A stretch of 64,000 bases of DNA. It comes from an uncultured Poribacteria bacterium. Its GTDB lineage: Bacteria > Poribacteria > WGA-4E > WGA-3G. Below the pieces are notes generated by a model. It ran no database searches and had not been told where the DNA came from. It saw only the letters and a program-made list of their open reading frames with translations. Location: positions 4,704,001-4,768,000 of the forward strand of contig OX638351.1 in assembly GCA_951813565.1 (NCBI GenBank), in the 5' to 3' direction. Made by a program: the position numbers and the translations under genes. Positions 59,323 to 64,000 of this stretch are shown here, piece after piece. Position 1 is the stretch's first letter; each line of letters opens with the position of its first letter.

Positions 59323-61083
59323 TTATCTCTTTAAAATCTGTTTCAACCCTTCTTGATAGTTACGATTATTGGGTTCCAGTGCAATGGCTTTTCGGATAGC
59401 CACCTCGGCTGTGTGATAATCATCTTTCTGAAAGGCAATAAGGGCGAGCGTGTTATGATAACTTGCAACGTTCGGATTTAAGCGAATGGCAGTTTGAGCA
59501 TACGATGCAGCCGTTTTTAATTTTTCTCTACGTTTACTTTGTTTTTCATAAGTACTTGCGATCTTAGCATTGAGTTGAGCAAGGGCGTTATACGCTTTCG
59601 GCAAACCCGATAAAAGATAGGCGGATTCGGCTTTATCAAAACTTTTCTGCTGTGCATGAAGTTCACCTATTAGATAGTACGTTTCGGGCAGAAACAAGGT
59701 TTTTGTAACCTGAGTCGGCCTGGAGACTTGGTAACTTTGTGCTATATCGACTGATTTTTGTAGTGTTGACAACGCATCTTCAGTTTTTTCTTGATGTGCA
59801 TAGCAAACACCCAAATTGTGATATGCTTCTGCATTCTCTGGATTTAGTGTTATAGCTTTTTGATATGCTGAAGCTGCCTCTGCATACCGTTTTTGATTTA
59901 GCAAAATTATGCCGATCTTTAGATGTGCCTCTAAAAACTGAGGATTCAACCTAACAGCCTGTCGGTAATTTTTAAGTGCGAGATCTACTCCGTTTTGCAT
60001 AAGGTATGCTAATCCGAGTCCAGCATAAGCTTCCGCGAAATCAGGTTGCAGTGCCAATGCTTTCTGTTGCGCCTCAATAGCATCTGAATACCTTTTAAGC
60101 ATTGCATAAGCAATTCCGATACCGTTATATGCCTCAATTCCTTGCAGATTGAGCGCGATTGCTTTTTCATATTCTTCAACCGCTTTTTTATACTGCTTAT
60201 TTTTTAGATATAGCCTGCCGATGTTAGCGAGAATTCCGGCTCTTTGGGTTGGTTCAAGTGTGCGTTGCAATGCGCCGCGTAACTCCTGTATCGGTTTAAC
60301 AACGACTTTTTGTTTTTGGAACAGTTGCATCTTTTCGCGCGCAGCCTGTTTATTCCCATTTCGTCTATGGACTTGCGCAAGATTGTAGAGAGCTTCAATC
60401 AGTTCTGGGTCTTCCGAATAAGCGGTTTCATAGGCAGAGATAGCTTCTGTCAATCGATTCTCTTGTGTATAAAGTAAACCTAACTGATAGTGTGCTGATG
60501 CTAAGGTGGGGTCAATCGTGATTGCGTGCTGCTGATGTTTTATTGCTTCCGGGCGTTTTCCACGTTTGTTATAAATGTTCCCTAACCGGTGATGAATCAT
60601 TGCATCGTCAGGTTTTAGGTCATGTGCGGTTTTGTAGGCATTAAGTGCCTCATCGTAACGGTGCAGGCTTGCATACCCTGCACCTAAAGCTGCATGAATA
60701 TGCGCCCACTCTGGCGCGTACTGAATAGCTTGCTGATATGCTTCAATTGCCTCATCAAACTTTTCCAATCCCGTATAAGCCAATCCTAATCCATAGTACG
60801 CTTCAGGGGACGCGGAATCCCGATTAGACATAGTGCTGACCGATGATATTACTTCACGATACTCGGCAACAGCTTGCATATAAGCCTCAACCTGAAGATA
60901 GACCTTCGCTAATTGCAACCGAATATCAACCCGTGTAGCATCTACAGCAAGTTGTTTCTGATAGGAATCAATCTGTGCTTTTAGCGTAGGGATTTCATCA
61001 CTTTGAGACCGAACAGCAAGCAAGAGACAACATACTACGAAAATAAGCGCAATATGTTTCTGGAAGAAACTATACCGTTTCAT
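59323..61083 (-). CDS. Secreted TPR-repeat protein
   Basis: Signal peptide; more than 10 TPRs (AYYGLG, AHYQLG, AYNGIG, AYHNLG). Confidence 0.92.
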   Translation of the reverse strand: MKRYSFFQKHIALIFVVCCLLLAVRSQSDEIPTLKAQIDSYQKQLAVDATRVDIRLQLAKVYLQVEAYMQAVAEYREVISSVSTMSNRDSASPEAYYGLGLAYTGLEKFDEAIEAYQQAIQYAPEWAHIHAALGAGYASLHRYDEALNAYKTAHDLKPDDAMIHHRLGNIYNKRGKRPEAIKHQQHAITIDPTLASAHYQLGLLYTQENRLTEAISAYETAYSEDPELIEALYNLAQVHRRNGNKQAAREKMQLFQKQKVVVKPIQELRGALQRTLEPTQRAGILANIGRLYLKNKQYKKAVEEYEKAIALNLQGIEAYNGIGIAYAMLKRYSDAIEAQQKALALQPDFAEAYAGLGLAYLMQNGVDLALKNYRQAVRLNPQFLEAHLKIGIILLNQKRYAEAASAYQKAITLNPENAEAYHNLGVCYAHQEKTEDALSTLQKSVDIAQSYQVSRPTQVTKTLFLPETYYLIGELHAQQKSFDKAESAYLLSGLPKAYNALAQLNAKIASTYEKQSKRREKLKTAASYAQTAIRLNPNVASYHNTLALIAFQKDDYHTAEVAIRKAIALEPNNRNYQEGLKQILKR

Positions 61084-61243
61084 AAGGCTTTCATTTGGAC
61101 AATTTTAGTTAAAAGGGAGGCACTTCCTGATAGCTGAAAACGCCTCCCTTGGAATGAATATTTACAATGGCCGTTTATGGTGAACTTTGAAATTATTGGG
61201 ACACATTTTCTGTTCGAGCGATCTCCGAAGGCAGACTACGTGT

Positions 61244-62002
61244 TTAATTACTCTTAAGTGTTCCCCAGGTGACCGTGAGTTTTCCTTTGCTCTCAACAGG
61301 CAGTCCGTCAGCCGCAAGTTTTTTAATTTCGTCAGCACTTAGCGTCCGGTCATAAATCATGACTTCGTCAATTATACCTTTGAAATATCTGGCACCGCAG
61401 CATTCGTCCCATCCGAACTTTAAGTTCATCACTGTTTGCTCAATGTGGGGAATCTTATTTTCAGCGGAATCGAGTTTGCCATCTTCTCTGTGATAAATAT
61501 AACTCGTCGCTTTATCGGGTTCAATTGCTATCGCGACTAATGCCCATTTATCTTGTGGAATATTAGGTGCCCCTTGCCAATTCCATGTCGTTGCGGCGTT
61601 ATTATTCCAAACATACGTCAAGGTGTTATTCGCAGCAACACCCAACCAGAAAGAAGCAGGATCACTTCGCCCCACAACAATACCAGACCAGTCGATCGTT
61701 TTCCAACCATTGATTCGCGCAACCACCGTAATCGCGGTCGTAACCAACTTAAACTCGTTATCAACAACCGCATGAGCACCGGCGCCATCAAGTTCAAGAG
61801 CGCCACCCATCCAACCGTCTTTGGTCCACTTTGCGCCTTGTTCCAAGGCAGCATCATGTCCATTGCCTGATTTATCTTTTCCATTACCATCCAGCGGCCA
61901 GTATCCAACAAGTCCATCACTCAGTCCCGCCGCAAAAGCAGCCACAGCCCAAAAACTAATGGTAACGACTAAAACCGTAATAACGCTCACTCTGTATTTC
62001 AC
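61244..62002 (-). CDS. Secreted LamG-like jellyroll protein
   Basis: GTG start with AAGGAG RBS; GLVGYWPLDG..KDKSGNG, FKGIIDEVMIYDRTLS; C-terminal VESKGKLTVTWGTLK. Confidence 0.9.
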   Translation of the reverse strand: MKYRVSVITVLVVTISFWAVAAFAAGLSDGLVGYWPLDGNGKDKSGNGHDAALEQGAKWTKDGWMGGALELDGAGAHAVVDNEFKLVTTAITVVARINGWKTIDWSGIVVGRSDPASFWLGVAANNTLTYVWNNNAATTWNWQGAPNIPQDKWALVAIAIEPDKATSYIYHREDGKLDSAENKIPHIEQTVMNLKFGWDECCGARYFKGIIDEVMIYDRTLSADEIKKLAADGLPVESKGKLTVTWGTLKSN

Positions 62003-62123
62003 CTTTAACTCCTTTTATTGCTGATTGTATCAACCTCGATCTCCAGTGTGGATATATGAGATTTGATTTTGGTAGAGAAAACAGCGACAGATACTATCAC
62101 ACAAGCATCTCTATTAGCGCGTA

Positions 62124-62368
62124 TATGGTGAACTTTATAGTAAAACCCACAATTACCTGGACATTGGCGAGGTTAGGAAACCTCGCCAGCGCGAGCGTGT
62201 AGGGATTGTTGTTGATTGAAATGTGAACATATTTTCGGATTTTACTATAAAATGGGACACATTTTCTGTCCGAGTGATCTCCGAATCGTGACCCAATCCA
62301 CTGATACTTGGGAATCGGAGTTCCCTCGGACAACTGAAAATGTCGTGTTAATTCTAAAATTTACTATG
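62124..62368. repeat. Correia-like MITE with a second 114-bp MITE (62136-62249) inserted in its left end
   Basis: TATGGTGAACTT|insert|AAATGGGACACATTTTCTG matches the uninterrupted end at 61177. Confidence 0.7.
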
Positions 62369-62384
62369 CATGAATCAGTTAACT

Positions 62385-62705
62385 GAGGGGTGCGCATAAA
62401 TAATTCCGATGTTAAATATGCGCTTAAAGGTAATAGGCACACGCCGTGGGTTTCCGTCCACAAGTTCAAAGAGGCGCAGCATGCCACACGGGGAATGCCA
62501 TAAGGCATTCGGACCCGGTGAATGACTAAAGACGAATGCGCTTTTGGCATTCGCCATGATTCATACCGTTGATTTCTTGATTTGGCGCATGCTGCGTTGA
62601 TTTGGCAATGAATTGCGCGACTACAAACGCATTTCTATAAATCAAGCGGTGCCTGGCGTCTGTCCCTGTCTGTGTTGATGCGCCAAATATTTATGCACAC
62701 CCCTC
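62385..62705. mobile_element. MITE copy 2 (TIR GAGGGGTGYGCATAAATA, 8-bp TSD AG(T/G)TAACT)
   Basis: Near-identical to 2796-3139; flanks AGTTAACT / AGGTAACT. Confidence 0.9.
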
Positions 62706-62711
62706 AGGTAA

Positions 62712-63374
62712 CTAACGATCCCTTTTGATACCTCCCCAGGTTGTTGCTAATTTATTCAGCGGTTCTACTGGGGTGCCATCTCCTTCAATATCATCACCAG
62801 AAACCGTGAAGTCATCAAAACTTACCCCAGTTTCCCATCCCCAGACACCGACTTGGCCAGCACCATATACAGCATCAGCAAATTCACCTTGTTCTTCGCC
62901 ATCAATTGAGAGTGCCATGATATCACTCCCAACGCTAACTTTCATGTCATGCCATTTGCCTCTTTCAATTGTGATGTTTTTTCCTGGCAGTTGACCGATA
63001 TTGTCGCGGGCGGTCCAACCACCTGTTTTGTGCCGCCAGAGTTCTGTTTTGTTATCCGGCACATTAAAATAAAAGACATAGTATTCCATTTCGCTTTTTG
63101 CGCGGAATGCAATGCCTGCCCAATTACCTTCATCAATGCGAACTTTCGCTTCAATTGTGTAGTCTGTCCAAGCGACATCACCAACGAGGGAATGTTCCGC
63201 TGCGGCACCCTTATTAAGCTTATAGATGCCGTCTTCTACGCTCCAGTTTCCATTAGCAACCTTCCAGTCGTCTGCACCAGAGTCAAAAGTCCATAATTGT
63301 GCACCTGCGAAACTGTTAGAGACAGACACTGCTATGAAGCAAAATCCGATCATAATCAAAAATAAACGTTTCAT
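62712..63374 (-). CDS. Secreted DUF1080 / concanavalin-like (3-keto-disaccharide hydrolase-like) protein
   Basis: Signal peptide, GNWSVEDG, WTDYTIEAKV, AGIAFR, WHDMKV, GQVG...FDDFTV; C-terminal VEPLNKLATTWGGIK. Confidence 0.82.
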   Translation of the reverse strand: MKRLFLIMIGFCFIAVSVSNSFAGAQLWTFDSGADDWKVANGNWSVEDGIYKLNKGAAAEHSLVGDVAWTDYTIEAKVRIDEGNWAGIAFRAKSEMEYYVFYFNVPDNKTELWRHKTGGWTARDNIGQLPGKNITIERGKWHDMKVSVGSDIMALSIDGEEQGEFADAVYGAGQVGVWGWETGVSFDDFTVSGDDIEGDGTPVEPLNKLATTWGGIKRDR

Positions 63375-63472
63375 TAATTCTCCTTTTTATCCATATAAAC
63401 CCAGACTCGCGTTGGGTTATTTCAATGTGAAAAGCGCGCTGTCAAAGCGCGCCTCCAGTAATAAAGGGTTTC

Positions 63473-64000
63473 TCAACGAACCTGTTTGAGACGTCCCCAT
63501 GTTGTTGTAAGTTTGTGGCTTGGGTCAACAGCGAGCGTATCCTCTATGTTATCACCGGAAACGGTGAAATCATCAAAACTTGCTCCAGTTTCCCATCCCC
63601 AAACCCCAACTTTGCCTTTATCATAAACATTATCCGTATCTTCGATCTGTTTTTCATCATTGATATACAGCGTAAATTTGTTGTCCTCAACGACTACCTT
63701 CACATCAAGCCATTCATCGTTTGCAATTTTGACGCCTCCAATTGCAGGTGGCTGAGAAATGTTGTCACGTGCAGCCCAACCCCCGGCTTTGTGTCGCCAC
63801 AGTTCAGATATATTGCTGGGAACATTCAAATAATAGACATAATATTCCATTTCGCTTTTGGCTCGGAATACAATACCTGCCCAATTTCCCTCATCAAGTC
63901 GGATTTTCGCCTGAATGGTATAGTCGTCCCAATCTTCTTCACCAATAAGCGAATGTTCAGCTTGACCACCCTTGCTAAGCTGGTAGACACCATCTTTGAT
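63473..64000 (-). CDS. Tandem paralog of 62712..63374, partial (5' end outside window)
   Basis: Open frame to the window edge: IKDGVYQLSKGGQAEHSLIGEEDWDDYTIQAKIRLDEGNWAGIVFRAKSEMEYY...VDPSHKLTTTWGRLK. Confidence 0.85.
   Translation of the reverse strand: MKDGVYQLSKGGQAEHSLIGEEDWDDYTIQAKIRLDEGNWAGIVFRAKSEMEYYVYYLNVPSNISELWRHKAGGWAARDNISQPPAIGGVKIANDEWLDVKVVVEDNKFTLYINDEKQIEDTDNVYDKGKVGVWGWETGASFDDFTVSGDNIEDTLAVDPSHKLTTTWGRLKQVR

Overview
Bacterial chromosomal segment, probably Candidatus Poribacteria or a relative. This is inferred from the WD40, TPR, LamG and PhyH-rich proteome, the C-terminal 'KLxxTWGxLK' motifs and the dense intergenic repeats. It carries housekeeping genes (rluD, gltX, glnS, glmM, nadK, recN, aroE, zapA-like, udk, polA, UbiD-family), three small heat-shock proteins behind a sigma-54 promoter, many secreted proteins, two IS elements (IS1595 family with a nonsense codon; IS5 family with a -1 frameshift) and a nested set of MITEs and REP-like hairpins. 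The most striking feature is an 83-nt RNA gene with its own promoter at 7769-7851. It has every hallmark of the tmRNA tRNA-like domain but no mRNA-like domain or tag ORF ('mini-tmRNA'). Other notable signals are four Fur-box-like palindromes at an exact 32-bp period with no obvious target, a 6S RNA candidate after zapA, two tandem 'leader - secreted protein - hairpin - anchored partner' modules, and a putative C-terminal sorting motif. All calls are by eye; no searches were run.
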